From assembly GCA_028692955.1 (NCBI GenBank), contig JAQUWH010000006.1, forward strand, positions 8,273 through 72,272: 64,000 nt of DNA. Direction: 5' to 3'. Under the pieces are notes generated by a model, which was not told where the DNA came from, made no database searches, and saw only the letters and a program-made list of their open reading frames with translations. Positions 9,952 to 19,091 of the stretch are shown piece after piece (position 1 is the stretch's first letter; every line of letters begins with the position of its first letter). The position numbers and the translations under genes were made by a program. The stretch comes from Clostridia bacterium (GTDB lineage: Bacteria > Bacillota > Clostridia > TANB77 > CAG-465).

Positions 9952-11283
9952 TTATATTGTATCGAAATAAGGTAAAATGGTATCTACAACTGTATCTACA
10001 GCTGACTTTACTATAATACCCTTTGCATAGATGCTAGGGGTATAAGGCTGTTGAATTAACGCATCAATTAATGCCTTCTTGCTATTTCCAACATTAGTGG
10101 CAACGCCAAGATTAGCATAATATTCTGCATTGTCCGTCTCTTGCCCCTTAATTGATTGATAAAAAATCTTGGAACCGCTTTTGGAGACCAATTCTGAAGA
10201 CATATTACCACCTGCCTTTGCAATAACAACCTCACAAGCCGTGATAAGATTTTTCAGATCCTCTGAAGCAACATAACTAAACAATGAAAGAGTAGTTTTG
10301 TATTTCTTCTGTATTTTCTTAGCATAATGGTATGCCTTTCCAATACCTGAAACACAGATTAGTTGCTTCGATGTGAGCTTGCAGTACCGTGCAATAATTG
10401 GTAAGGCATAAATACCCATTCCTAAACCTTCAGCACTACCTGGTACAAAAAGAACGGTATCTTTGATAGCATTACTGCAATCTGCTTCACCATCAAAGAA
10501 ACAAGGATTTGTACCAATATAAATCGGTCCCATAGAATCTTTAAGATAAGGATATATCCTAAGTCCATTATTCCAGGTTTCTTCAGATGCAACAAAATAG
10601 TGTAACTTACTGACATCTCCATAGGCGGACATAGCAAAGCCGAGCATTTCCGTATCCGTAACAACAACACCCGCAAATTCAATGCTAGAGTTATCATCTG
10701 CTATCTTTGAAAGAATAGCGTTGGAATACGGATAGGTGGAAAGAACAATTTTAGGTTGTATGCTCTGAATAAAACTCTTTAATCTCTTTGTATAGAGAAC
10801 TCTAAACAAAGGGGCTATATCAAAGCCTGAGTTTTCAATGTCAATCTCACCGCGTATAAAATCGTTCCAGATATCTTGTCCTCTAGATGTTTGTGAAAGC
10901 CGTACCCATGCCTTATCGTTAAAGTTTGCAATGTTTTTGGAAAATAACGATAATATATCAATGATAATCACATTTTTATCGCTTTTTTCAATAAACTTTT
11001 TAACGATTGCACGTGTAGGTGCTCTATGGCCATTACCAGCATGACCAGTAAAAAGGATAGCATCAATTGTAAGTTTCCTATGTAAAAGAAACTTTTTTAG
11101 ACCTTCAATACTTTCCCAAGTAGTATATACACTGTTGTTATATACCACGTCAAAATTAAGATTGATATTAGCAGTTTTCTCCTTTGCACCAAGATCACGA
11201 TTGAGTGCAAAATCTAAAATGCTGATACCTTTCCGACTAAGCTCTGAAAACTTATCAGTCACATCAGGGCGAATCCAAGCCAT
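9952..11283 (-). CDS. MGDG-synthase/GT28-like glycosyltransferase with a roughly 75-aa N-terminal extension
   Basis: 443 aa. FTGHAGNGHRAPTRAI resembles the G-rich loop of MGDG_synth/UgtP. The C-terminal AKAGGNMSSEL...QETDNAEY resembles Glyco_tran_28_C. Visibly G+C-richer than its neighbours. Confidence 0.65.
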   Translation of the reverse strand: MAWIRPDVTDKFSELSRKGISILDFALNRDLGAKEKTANINLNFDVVYNNSVYTTWESIEGLKKFLLHRKLTIDAILFTGHAGNGHRAPTRAIVKKFIEKSDKNVIIIDILSLFSKNIANFNDKAWVRLSQTSRGQDIWNDFIRGEIDIENSGFDIAPLFRVLYTKRLKSFIQSIQPKIVLSTYPYSNAILSKIADDNSSIEFAGVVVTDTEMLGFAMSAYGDVSKLHYFVASEETWNNGLRIYPYLKDSMGPIYIGTNPCFFDGEADCSNAIKDTVLFVPGSAEGLGMGIYALPIIARYCKLTSKQLICVSGIGKAYHYAKKIQKKYKTTLSLFSYVASEDLKNLITACEVVIAKAGGNMSSELVSKSGSKIFYQSIKGQETDNAEYYANLGVATNVGNSKKALIDALIQQPYTPSIYAKGIIVKSAVDTVVDTILPYFDTI

Positions 11284-11334
11284 GGTAACTCCTCCTTAAA
11301 ATTTTAAGTTGATAGAATATTTTTTACAACATTA

Positions 11335-11371
11335 ATTATACCACCCATTTGATTTATTGTCAAATGGGTGG
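11335..11371 (-). promoter_or_regulatory. Consensus promoter for the glycosyltransferase, overlapping a perfect 12-bp-stem hairpin
   Basis: On the minus strand: TTGACA (11363-11358), 17 nt, TATAAT (11340-11335). The hairpin CCACCCATTTGA/TCAAATGGGTGG spans 11341-11371. Confidence 0.5.
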
Positions 11372-11383
11372 TTCTCTACACTA

Positions 11384-11689
11384 CTAATATACAGGTATAT
11401 CTAATACTTGTCCAACATATATGTCACTATTTTTTAAATGGTTAATTTCTTTTATCTCTATAATGATATTTTGTATATTTAGGCCTTTTTTCTCACTACA
11501 AATACCACTAGCTATATTCCATATAGTATCACTATGTGATACTATAAATTTATCTGTAATAGCCGCTTTTTTACCAAAGTCGAAACTAGTTCCTATACCA
11601 TATATACAAAGTAATACAAATATAAATATAATGTTTGTTACCAACCTTTTACTATTTTTTTTATGATTTCTTCTTTGATTCACTTTCAT
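11384..11689 (-). CDS. Small TM + LysM protein, YneA-like candidate SOS cell-division inhibitor
   Basis: About 101 aa from the ATG (MKVNQRR...) 9 nt after GGAG. N-terminal TM helix and C-terminal LysM (HSDTIWNIA...YVGQVLDIP). LexA boxes lie upstream. Confidence 0.65.
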   Translation of the reverse strand: MKVNQRRNHKKNSKRLVTNIIFIFVLLCIYGIGTSFDFGKKAAITDKFIVSHSDTIWNIASGICSEKKGLNIQNIIIEIKEINHLKNSDIYVGQVLDIPVY

Positions 11690-11705
11690 ATAAAACAACT
11701 CCTTT

Positions 11706-11717
11706 GAACATAGGTTC
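11706..11717. promoter_or_regulatory. LexA (Cheo) box A
   Basis: GAACATAGGTTC matches the Gram-positive GAAC-N4-GTTC palindrome exactly. It lies between the -10 element and the RBS of the LysM gene. Confidence 0.6.
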
Positions 11718-11729
11718 TTTATTATCTAT

Positions 11730-11758
11730 ATTATAATATAGAAACAAACGTTTGTCAA
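11730..11758 (-). promoter_or_regulatory. Promoter of the LysM gene with an embedded degenerate LexA box B
   Basis: On the minus strand: TTGACA (11758-11753), 17 nt, TATAAT (11735-11730). AAACAAACGTTT (11742-11753) fits AAAC-N4-GTTT and overlaps the -35 element and spacer. Confidence 0.5.
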
Positions 11759-11794
11759 TAGCTTTTTATATAAAAAGTGAAAAAATGTTCTTTT

Positions 11795-12397
11795 TTATTT
11801 TAATTGCTCTATAATTTTTTTATAGAGATCCTCTCTTATATGGATATCAATTTCTACTTTATCCTGATATAAGATATTTTTTACTATTACCTGATTGTTC
11901 ATGACATATTCATCTAGCTTATCCTTAATTTTAGAAAAATCAGTATATTCTAATAAAGTATGATAATGGATATATTTGTAGATTTGTTCCTTTTTGCACT
12001 GCTTTATAGAAAGTCTAGCACAATTGAGGTAAGCGCGAGATAAGGGACCAGCACCAAGTAAAATACCTCCAAAATATCTTACGATAATAATACAAATATT
12101 AGTTAAAGTTTCTTTTGTGATAAGTTCATAGATAGCTTTGGTTCCAGTTCCTTGTGGTTCTCCATCATCTGAAAATTTAATATTTATCTTTCCATCTTCT
12201 AAATAAGAATAAATATAGACACAATGTCTTGCTTCCTTATTTTGTTCTTTTATATCATGAATATATTTTTTTGCATCATCTGAATTTGCAATTGGATAGA
12301 TATAAGAAAAAAATTTAGATTTTTTCTCATATAACTCCCCTACTCCAATTTCTTTTGAATCCGCTTTATAATTATTTACTAATGTATAATATTGCAT
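11795..12397 (-). CDS. yigZ: YigZ / IMPACT family (UPF0029) protein
   Basis: 200 aa. KSKFFSYIYP...ARHCVYIYSY...DDGEPQGTGTKAI is typical of the YigZ N-terminal domain. Confidence 0.8.
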   Translation of the reverse strand: MQYYTLVNNYKADSKEIGVGELYEKKSKFFSYIYPIANSDDAKKYIHDIKEQNKEARHCVYIYSYLEDGKINIKFSDDGEPQGTGTKAIYELITKETLTNICIIIVRYFGGILLGAGPLSRAYLNCARLSIKQCKKEQIYKYIHYHTLLEYTDFSKIKDKLDEYVMNNQVIVKNILYQDKVEIDIHIREDLYKKIIEQLK

Positions 12398-12460
12398 TCA
12401 CAAATCTCCTTAAGAAAAAATAGCCATTCTTTCAAATAGCTATTCTTTATTTATATTTTG

Positions 12461-13759
12461 TTATATTGCCTTGCTTTGTTTAGAAAACGTATAAATTGGT
12501 GAAGCTTTATTACAAACAACATCCTTTGTAATTACACATTTTGCAATTTTTTTGTTAGATGGCACTTCATACATAGCATCCATCATAACATTTTCAAGAA
12601 TAGCCCTAAGACCTCTTGCACCAGTTTTTCTTTCTAAGGCAAGTTCAACAATTTCAAGTAAAGCATCTTCCTTTATTTCTAATTCTACATTATCCATTTT
12701 AAACAATTTTTGATATTGTTTTAATAATGCATTTTTAGGTTTGGATAAGATATCGATTAAAGCTTCTCTTGTTAATTGATTTAAGTTAGTAATAATTGGT
12801 AAACGTCCTACTAATTCAGGAATTAAACCAAATTTAATAATATCGTGTGGCTGTACTTGACTAAATATTTTACCAATATCTATTTCTTTTTTAGATTCTA
12901 CCTGTGCCCCAAATCCCATTGTTTTTTCTTCTGTTCTAGTTTGAATTACCTTTTCAAGGCCGTCAAAAGCGCCACCACAAATAAACAATATATTGCTAGT
13001 ATCTATTTTAATAAATTCTTGCTGAGGATGTTTTCTACCACCTTGTGGGGGAACATTGGCAACAGTACCTTCTATGATTTTTAGAAGTGCTTGTTGTACA
13101 CCTTCACCGCTAACATCTCTTGTAATAGATGGATTTTCAGATTTTCTTGCAATTTTATCCAACTCATCAATGTAGATAATGCCTTTTTCCGCTTTTGCTA
13201 CATCAAAGTCGGCAGCTTGTATTAGCCTTAACAATATATTTTCTACATCTTCTCCTACATAACCTGCTTCTGTAAGGGTAGTAGCATCTGCAATAGCAAA
13301 TGGAACATGCAATATTTTAGCTAACGTTTGAGCAAGCATTGTTTTACCACAACCAGTAGGTCCTAGTAATAATATATTAGATTTTTGTATTTCAACATCA
13401 TCTAATTTGTTCATATTTCTAATTCTTTTATAATGATTATATACAGAAACAGAAAGTACTTTTTTAGCCTGCTCTTGACCAATAACATATTCATCTAAAA
13501 CTTTCTTGATCTGTTCAGGAGATGGTAGTTCACCAGAGGTAATTAATTCTTTATTGCCAGTTTTTTCATCTTTTACAACTTCAATCTCTTCATCTGCTAT
13601 AATCTTATGACACATTTCAACGCATTCATCACAAATAAGGATACCATCTGGTCCTTCAATTAGCTTATTTACTTCTTGTCTAAGCCTACCACAAAATGAG
13701 CAGAAGATGATATCATCATTATCAAAACTACCTTCTCCGCTTTTTGTTCTTCTTCCCAT
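12461..13759 (-). CDS. clpX: ATP-dependent Clp protease ATP-binding subunit ClpX
   Basis: 432 aa. Zinc-finger CSFCGR...CDEC, Walker [18 protein letters not shown] and GARGLR. Confidence 0.97.
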   Translation of the reverse strand: MGRRTKSGEGSFDNDDIIFCSFCGRLRQEVNKLIEGPDGILICDECVEMCHKIIADEEIEVVKDEKTGNKELITSGELPSPEQIKKVLDEYVIGQEQAKKVLSVSVYNHYKRIRNMNKLDDVEIQKSNILLLGPTGCGKTMLAQTLAKILHVPFAIADATTLTEAGYVGEDVENILLRLIQAADFDVAKAEKGIIYIDELDKIARKSENPSITRDVSGEGVQQALLKIIEGTVANVPPQGGRKHPQQEFIKIDTSNILFICGGAFDGLEKVIQTRTEEKTMGFGAQVESKKEIDIGKIFSQVQPHDIIKFGLIPELVGRLPIITNLNQLTREALIDILSKPKNALLKQYQKLFKMDNVELEIKEDALLEIVELALERKTGARGLRAILENVMMDAMYEVPSNKKIAKCVITKDVVCNKASPIYTFSKQSKAI

Positions 13760-13762
13760 GAA

Positions 13763-14374
13763 TTATTTCTCCTTACTTATATTTGAAATATTAGCCATAA
13801 CGTCGTCAATAAGCCCATATGCTTTTGCCTCATCAGCAGTTAAAAAATTATCTCTATCTGTATCTTTTTCAACAACTTCTAAAGGTTTACCTGTTCTTTC
13901 ACTTAATATTTTATTTAATTGTTCTCTTGTTTTTAAGATGTAATCAGCATGAATCTTAATATCACTTGCTTGACCTTGTGCACCGCCTAATGGTTGATGT
14001 ATCATAATTGTTGAATTAGGAAGAGCAAATCTCTTACCTTTTTTTCCAGCAGCAAGCAAGAATGCACCCATACTAGCAGCCATACCTACACAAATAGTAG
14101 ATACATCTGATTTAATATATTGCATTGTATCAAAGATACCCATACCAGCAGTTACACTACCACCAGGACTATTAATATACAAGAATATATCTTTTCCTGG
14201 ATCTTCAGCATCTAAAAATAACAATTGAGCAATAACCAAAGAAGCAGTGACATCATTGACTTCATCGGATAAGAATATAATTCTTTCTTTTAAAAGTCTA
14301 GAATAAATGTCATAAGATCTTTCACCTTTACTTGTTTGTTCAATTACCATAGGTACTAAACTATTATTAATCAT
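13763..14374 (-). CDS. clpP: ATP-dependent Clp protease proteolytic subunit ClpP
   Basis: 203 aa. Ser/His/Asp context ([19 protein letters not shown]). Confidence 0.97.
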   Translation of the reverse strand: MINNSLVPMVIEQTSKGERSYDIYSRLLKERIIFLSDEVNDVTASLVIAQLLFLDAEDPGKDIFLYINSPGGSVTAGMGIFDTMQYIKSDVSTICVGMAASMGAFLLAAGKKGKRFALPNSTIMIHQPLGGAQGQASDIKIHADYILKTREQLNKILSERTGKPLEVVEKDTDRDNFLTADEAKAYGLIDDVMANISNISKEK

Positions 14375-14400
14375 ACAAAAATACCTCCTCTTTTATATTG

Positions 14401-15684
14401 TTACTTTATAACAACATTATCTAAAACAATTTTTAACGTCTTATCTTGTAAAACTCTATCACTCATATATTTTTTTATATTTTCATTATTTTTTAATGAA
14501 TCAGAATTTTCATTACCATACTCTTTTGCAAGTTCATCAATCTTTGCATTAATATCTTCTTCAGTTGCTGTAATATTTTCGGTTTTAGCTATATACTCTA
14601 ATGCAAGTTTTAATTTTACATCCTTTTCAGCTTGTGGTCTTAAAGTTTCTTTAAAAGCATCAACTGTTGTATTCACATACTGACAATATGTCTCAAGATT
14701 TAAACCTTGGTAAGAAAGATTAGCATTAAATTGTTCTACCATTTGTTCCATTTGATCATGAATCATAGAATCAGGTATAGTTACTTCTGTATTTTCAACT
14801 AATTTTTCTACTGCTTGTGCTTCTTTATCAGCTTCAGCTTGTTTTTCTTTATCTTCTTTTAATTTACTTTCTAAATCTTTTTTGTATTCTTCCAATGTAT
14901 TAAATTCAGAAACATCTTTTACAAATTCATCATCTAATTCTGGTAATACTTTAGATTTGATACTAATTAATTTTACTTTAAACATAGCATCTTTATCAGC
15001 AAGATTTTCAGAATGGTACTCTTTTGGAAATTTTACAGTGATTTCTTTTTCTTCTCCAATTTTCATACCTACTAATTGTTCTTCAAATCCTGGTATAAAT
15101 TGTCCACTTCCGATAGTAAGCTCAAAGTTTTCACCTTTACCGCCTTCAAAAGCAACTCCATCTACAAAACCTTCAAAATCAATCGTTGAAATATCTTTCA
15201 TTTCTAATGCTCTATCTTCGATAGTAACAGTTCTTGCATTTTTATCTCTTGCTTGATCTAAAGCAGCATCAACATCTTTTTTCGCTACTTTAGTATCAAA
15301 TTTTTTAACTTCTAGTCCCTTGTAGTTTTTTACAGTAGCTTCTGGTTTTACAAAAACAGTTACTGTGTAAATTAGGTCTTTATCTTTTCCAATTTGTTTT
15401 ATATCTAATTCTGGTTTAGATACTACTTCTAATTTATTTTCTTCGATAGCTACTCTATATGCTTCATCTACAGTATCTTCAATAACAGAATCAAAAAGTA
15501 CAGTTTCACCATACATTTTTTCAACAATAGCTCTTGGTACTTTACCATTTCTAAAACCAGGTACTTTGAAATATTTAGCATTTTTAATAAATGCTTTATC
15601 TAAATTTTTGTTAAATTCTTCCTTTGACATTGTGAATTCTAAAACTACTTTTGAATTCTCTTGCTTTTCTACTTTTACACTCAT
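14401..15684 (-). CDS. tig: Trigger factor
   Basis: 427 aa. GFRNGKVPR ribosome-binding motif and a central FKBP-type PPIase region. Shows the conserved tig-clpP-clpX order. Confidence 0.95.
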   Translation of the reverse strand: MSVKVEKQENSKVVLEFTMSKEEFNKNLDKAFIKNAKYFKVPGFRNGKVPRAIVEKMYGETVLFDSVIEDTVDEAYRVAIEENKLEVVSKPELDIKQIGKDKDLIYTVTVFVKPEATVKNYKGLEVKKFDTKVAKKDVDAALDQARDKNARTVTIEDRALEMKDISTIDFEGFVDGVAFEGGKGENFELTIGSGQFIPGFEEQLVGMKIGEEKEITVKFPKEYHSENLADKDAMFKVKLISIKSKVLPELDDEFVKDVSEFNTLEEYKKDLESKLKEDKEKQAEADKEAQAVEKLVENTEVTIPDSMIHDQMEQMVEQFNANLSYQGLNLETYCQYVNTTVDAFKETLRPQAEKDVKLKLALEYIAKTENITATEEDINAKIDELAKEYGNENSDSLKNNENIKKYMSDRVLQDKTLKIVLDNVVIK

Positions 15685-15802
15685 TTTTATTCCTCCAATT
15701 TAATATCTCATTTTAAGTTTAACTATTATATTATATCATAAAATATGGATTTTTCAACCAATTTCCATAAATTGTCTAAAAGAAATCTTAATTTATTATA
15801 TG

Positions 15803-16609
15803 TTATTCATCTTTTCTTACGACAGGAATAAATCTCTTTGCAAAAGCATGTTCATCACGATTTTTAATGTATACTAATCCAAAGATAGAGAAAATAATCG
15901 CACCTGCAAAATTGACACTCAAATCTTTCATTGTGTCAAGTAAGCCTATATCTAAATAACCACCATCAATGACTGTTTCCTTCATTATATTTGCCTCTTT
16001 ATCATAGCTATAGATAATAGTATAGTCAATATCATTAATGACAACAGGTACATTTTTCCCTTCTGGATTTAACTCAACGGTGGATATAGATTGTACAATT
16101 CTATCTTTTTGCATATCAGTTTTTAGAAACTGATATGCAGAGAACTCAAAGAACTCCCATAAAATGCCAACTGTCATAGAGAAACAAAAAGCCACTAACG
16201 CAACGAATTTTGGAGATAATTTAAAATGTACTTTTTCATCTCTATTTAAGATATCGATTAATGAAAAGCCAATAGCAGCACATAGAAATCCATTGATAGT
16301 ATGTAGCATTGTATCCCACTGTGAAAAGATTCCATAGAAGTTTTGTATCTCTCCTAAAATTTCAGCTGAAAATATAAATAGGAGAATAATAATTTCCAAA
16401 GTGTTTGGTAATGTTATCTTAAGCTTTCTATCAATAAAATATGGTATTGTTAAAAGTACTAATGTTAAGACACAAAAGAATACGTTATTCCAATCCTGCC
16501 TTAATATCTCAGCTACCATACATACTATTACTAATATTCTTAATATTACGTATACAACAAATGTACTTTTCTTGTTTTGTTTATAAAATTCTTTTATTTT
16601 ACTTGCCAT
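15803..16609 (-). CDS. Multi-pass membrane protein of unknown function
   Basis: 268 aa with several predicted TM helices. Family not securely recognised. Confidence 0.55.
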   Translation of the reverse strand: MASKIKEFYKQNKKSTFVVYVILRILVIVCMVAEILRQDWNNVFFCVLTLVLLTIPYFIDRKLKITLPNTLEIIILLFIFSAEILGEIQNFYGIFSQWDTMLHTINGFLCAAIGFSLIDILNRDEKVHFKLSPKFVALVAFCFSMTVGILWEFFEFSAYQFLKTDMQKDRIVQSISTVELNPEGKNVPVVINDIDYTIIYSYDKEANIMKETVIDGGYLDIGLLDTMKDLSVNFAGAIIFSIFGLVYIKNRDEHAFAKRFIPVVRKDE

Positions 16610-16635
16610 AGTATCCTCCTATTTTTATATGACAT

Positions 16636-18027
16636 TTAATATCTATTCTGTTTCAATATATTTCCTTTAGTATCATATTCTATCCAAATGTTCTTATCTT
16701 TCATATCGACATTTTTATTTTCAAATTCATAGACAAGTGGTGACAACATAGATGATTTTGCCCTTTGTTCATAGGCAGTGATAAGACTAATATAGTTTTT
16801 AGTATAATACTCTTTGGACATAGTATTAATAGTATATGAAATATTAAAATAAACAACAGGATTTTTTTCATCATAACTTATACTACCAAAAATATCAAGT
16901 ATAGTCCCCTTTGATATATCAACACTATTCCTTATTAATTCAAGTTCTTTTTTAAATTGATTAATTAGCATTGATTCTAATGATTTTACTACTGGAGACG
17001 AATCATCACCTAATAAACGTACCATTTCAAACAAAGAATCATTTACCTCTCCATACCTATCATACCAAGAATTTGATTGCCAATAAAAATCGGTAAATAC
17101 AAAACGATCGTCAGCATTTGATTTTGTTTCTTCATATAAGTTTTCATTTGATTTAAAACGCTTATAAATAGCAATACTATCCATAAAATCAGGCATGTTA
17201 ATAGAGATATCATATCCAACACCTTCAATAATCAAAGATATTTTTTGTGGTGTAAAATAAAATTTTCTCCCTTTATCTTGATTAAATAATGATATAATGC
17301 GAAGTGCCTCATCATCAAAATCAGACATATCAATTTTGCCACTATCAATTTCGCCCATTAATTCATCATCGGTAAGACGAAGTTCATTACCTCTTTTCCA
17401 AAGTAAATCTTTATAAGCTGAATCAGTAATGATAGTATTGATTGGTGCGTCAGCAGTAAACATTTCTTTGAATGCAAGGGAAGTACCATCTTTTAGTTTT
17501 AAATTAAGTGATTCATTTAATGTTTTGTATTCATCTCCAAAACCAAATGTGGAACTAATATTAACTGAAATGATATCACCAAAATTAGAAAGGATATGAG
17601 CATTAACACCATAATGTTCATTGCTTTTAATCTTATTATATAATTCTATTGTTTTATCTTTAATTTGGTTATTGATCTTTTCTTGAATACTTTTATCTTT
17701 TAACCCATTAATCTGGTCATATTGTACTATTTTTTCTTTAAAACCTGTATCATACTTTTCAGCGGTAATAGTAAGTGGATTTTGGCTATATTTCTCTGAA
17801 ATACCAGTGATTTTTAAATTATCTTCATTTTTCTTGTTTTTGTTTTCTTCAATTTGAGGAGGAGGAGTGCTTTTCTCCTCTTCCTTGTTCTTTATATGAT
17901 TTGTATAGTAAATTAGCCCCGCTGTTGCTAAAGCACATACAATTATCATAATGACGATATAGATGACAAAGCCTTTCATTCCCTTTTTGACTTTTATTGT
18001 TTTAGGTTCATTATTTAACTGGGACAT
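16636..18027 (-). CDS. Membrane-anchored protein of unknown function, 463 aa
   Basis: N-terminal TM helix, a charged linker, then a large extracytoplasmic region. Its start ATG lies inside the last codons of the upstream PstS-like gene (17-nt overlap). Confidence 0.55.
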   Translation of the reverse strand: MSQLNNEPKTIKVKKGMKGFVIYIVIMIIVCALATAGLIYYTNHIKNKEEEKSTPPPQIEENKNKKNEDNLKITGISEKYSQNPLTITAEKYDTGFKEKIVQYDQINGLKDKSIQEKINNQIKDKTIELYNKIKSNEHYGVNAHILSNFGDIISVNISSTFGFGDEYKTLNESLNLKLKDGTSLAFKEMFTADAPINTIITDSAYKDLLWKRGNELRLTDDELMGEIDSGKIDMSDFDDEALRIISLFNQDKGRKFYFTPQKISLIIEGVGYDISINMPDFMDSIAIYKRFKSNENLYEETKSNADDRFVFTDFYWQSNSWYDRYGEVNDSLFEMVRLLGDDSSPVVKSLESMLINQFKKELELIRNSVDISKGTILDIFGSISYDEKNPVVYFNISYTINTMSKEYYTKNYISLITAYEQRAKSSMLSPLVYEFENKNVDMKDKNIWIEYDTKGNILKQNRY

Positions 18028-18964
18028 AGCCTGCCTCCTTTGCTGCTTTTTGACCTCTTGGAGAAAGCAATGTATTAGCTAATTTCCTTGCAGCACTATT
18101 TTCATCATCTGCTTTATTAATGACAATATAATAAGAAGTAGTAAATGGATAAGTACCGTTTTTGATAGTACTTTCATTAGGTTCTACCCCATTAATCTTA
18201 AAAAATTTTATATTCTTTGTTACTTCTTTATCAATATCCTGATACATAGTAGTCGCATAATAATAATACGAATAACCAATTGACATCTTGTTGTTATCAT
18301 ATGAGGCTACTAAATTCACAATTGCTTGCATAGTAGATATTAGATTATCTTTTACAGCTTCTTGTATCTTTTTATCTTTCATAACAAGTGATAACATTCC
18401 TGTTTGGCTTCCAGAATTGGTTGGTCTTTGATAAGCAAGAATTTCTTGATTTTCTCCACCTACTTCTGACCAGTTTTTAATATCACCAGTATAAATATTT
18501 TGTACTTGTTCAATCGTTAAATTGTCTACTTTATTTTTAGCATTCGTAAAGAAGACAAAGCCCTCTCTTACCACTGGTATTACTTCTAATTCCATACCTG
18601 CTTTTTTAGCCATCTCTAATTCTTCAGCAGATGGCTGCGTTACAACAATTAAATCAACTTCATCTTTGATTAATTTTTCGTATGCTTGATGAGTTTTACT
18701 AAAGTTTAATTTACTAACATCTGGTTCATTACCAGTTAAATTTTTTATTTCAGCTAATACAAGAGGTTGTGTTGCAGTAGATGCATCTACTTTTGGAAAA
18801 TTATCAAGTGTATAAATTGGTTCCGTTGAAATAACTTCCTCTTCTTCTTTTTTTGCTTCTTCTACCTTCTGGTCCTTTGTAAAATACCAATAAGCAAATA
18901 CACATCCAGCTAAAATAATAACGGTAATTAAGATTCCTAAAAAAACATGTTTTCCATTTTCCAT
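18011..18964 (-). CDS. PstS-family (PBP type 2) substrate-binding lipoprotein
   Basis: Start placed at ATG (MENGKH) 7 nt after GGAGGA. Lipobox LAGC. DASTATQP...YQRPTNSGSQ resembles PstS-family phosphate-binding proteins. Confidence 0.7.
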   Translation of the reverse strand: MENGKHVFLGILITVIILAGCVFAYWYFTKDQKVEEAKKEEEEVISTEPIYTLDNFPKVDASTATQPLVLAEIKNLTGNEPDVSKLNFSKTHQAYEKLIKDEVDLIVVTQPSAEELEMAKKAGMELEVIPVVREGFVFFTNAKNKVDNLTIEQVQNIYTGDIKNWSEVGGENQEILAYQRPTNSGSQTGMLSLVMKDKKIQEAVKDNLISTMQAIVNLVASYDNNKMSIGYSYYYYATTMYQDIDKEVTKNIKFFKINGVEPNESTIKNGTYPFTTSYYIVINKADDENSAARKLANTLLSPRGQKAAKEAGYVPVK

Positions 18965-19044
18965 AAACAATTCCTCCAACTTTAATATGAAATAATTGTA
19001 TCAAATTATATAACTTTATTCAACTATTTTAACTAATATGATAG

Positions 19045-19089
19045 AAAAGAAGTAGTATAAACTATAATGTTATTTATACTACTTCTTTT
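19045..19089 (-). terminator. Perfect 17-bp-stem hairpin immediately after the GH94 gene
   Basis: AAAAGAAGTAGTATAAA (19045-19061) pairs with TTTATACTACTTCTTTT (19073-19089). The stop codon is at 19092. Confidence 0.6.
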
Positions 19090-19091
19090 AT

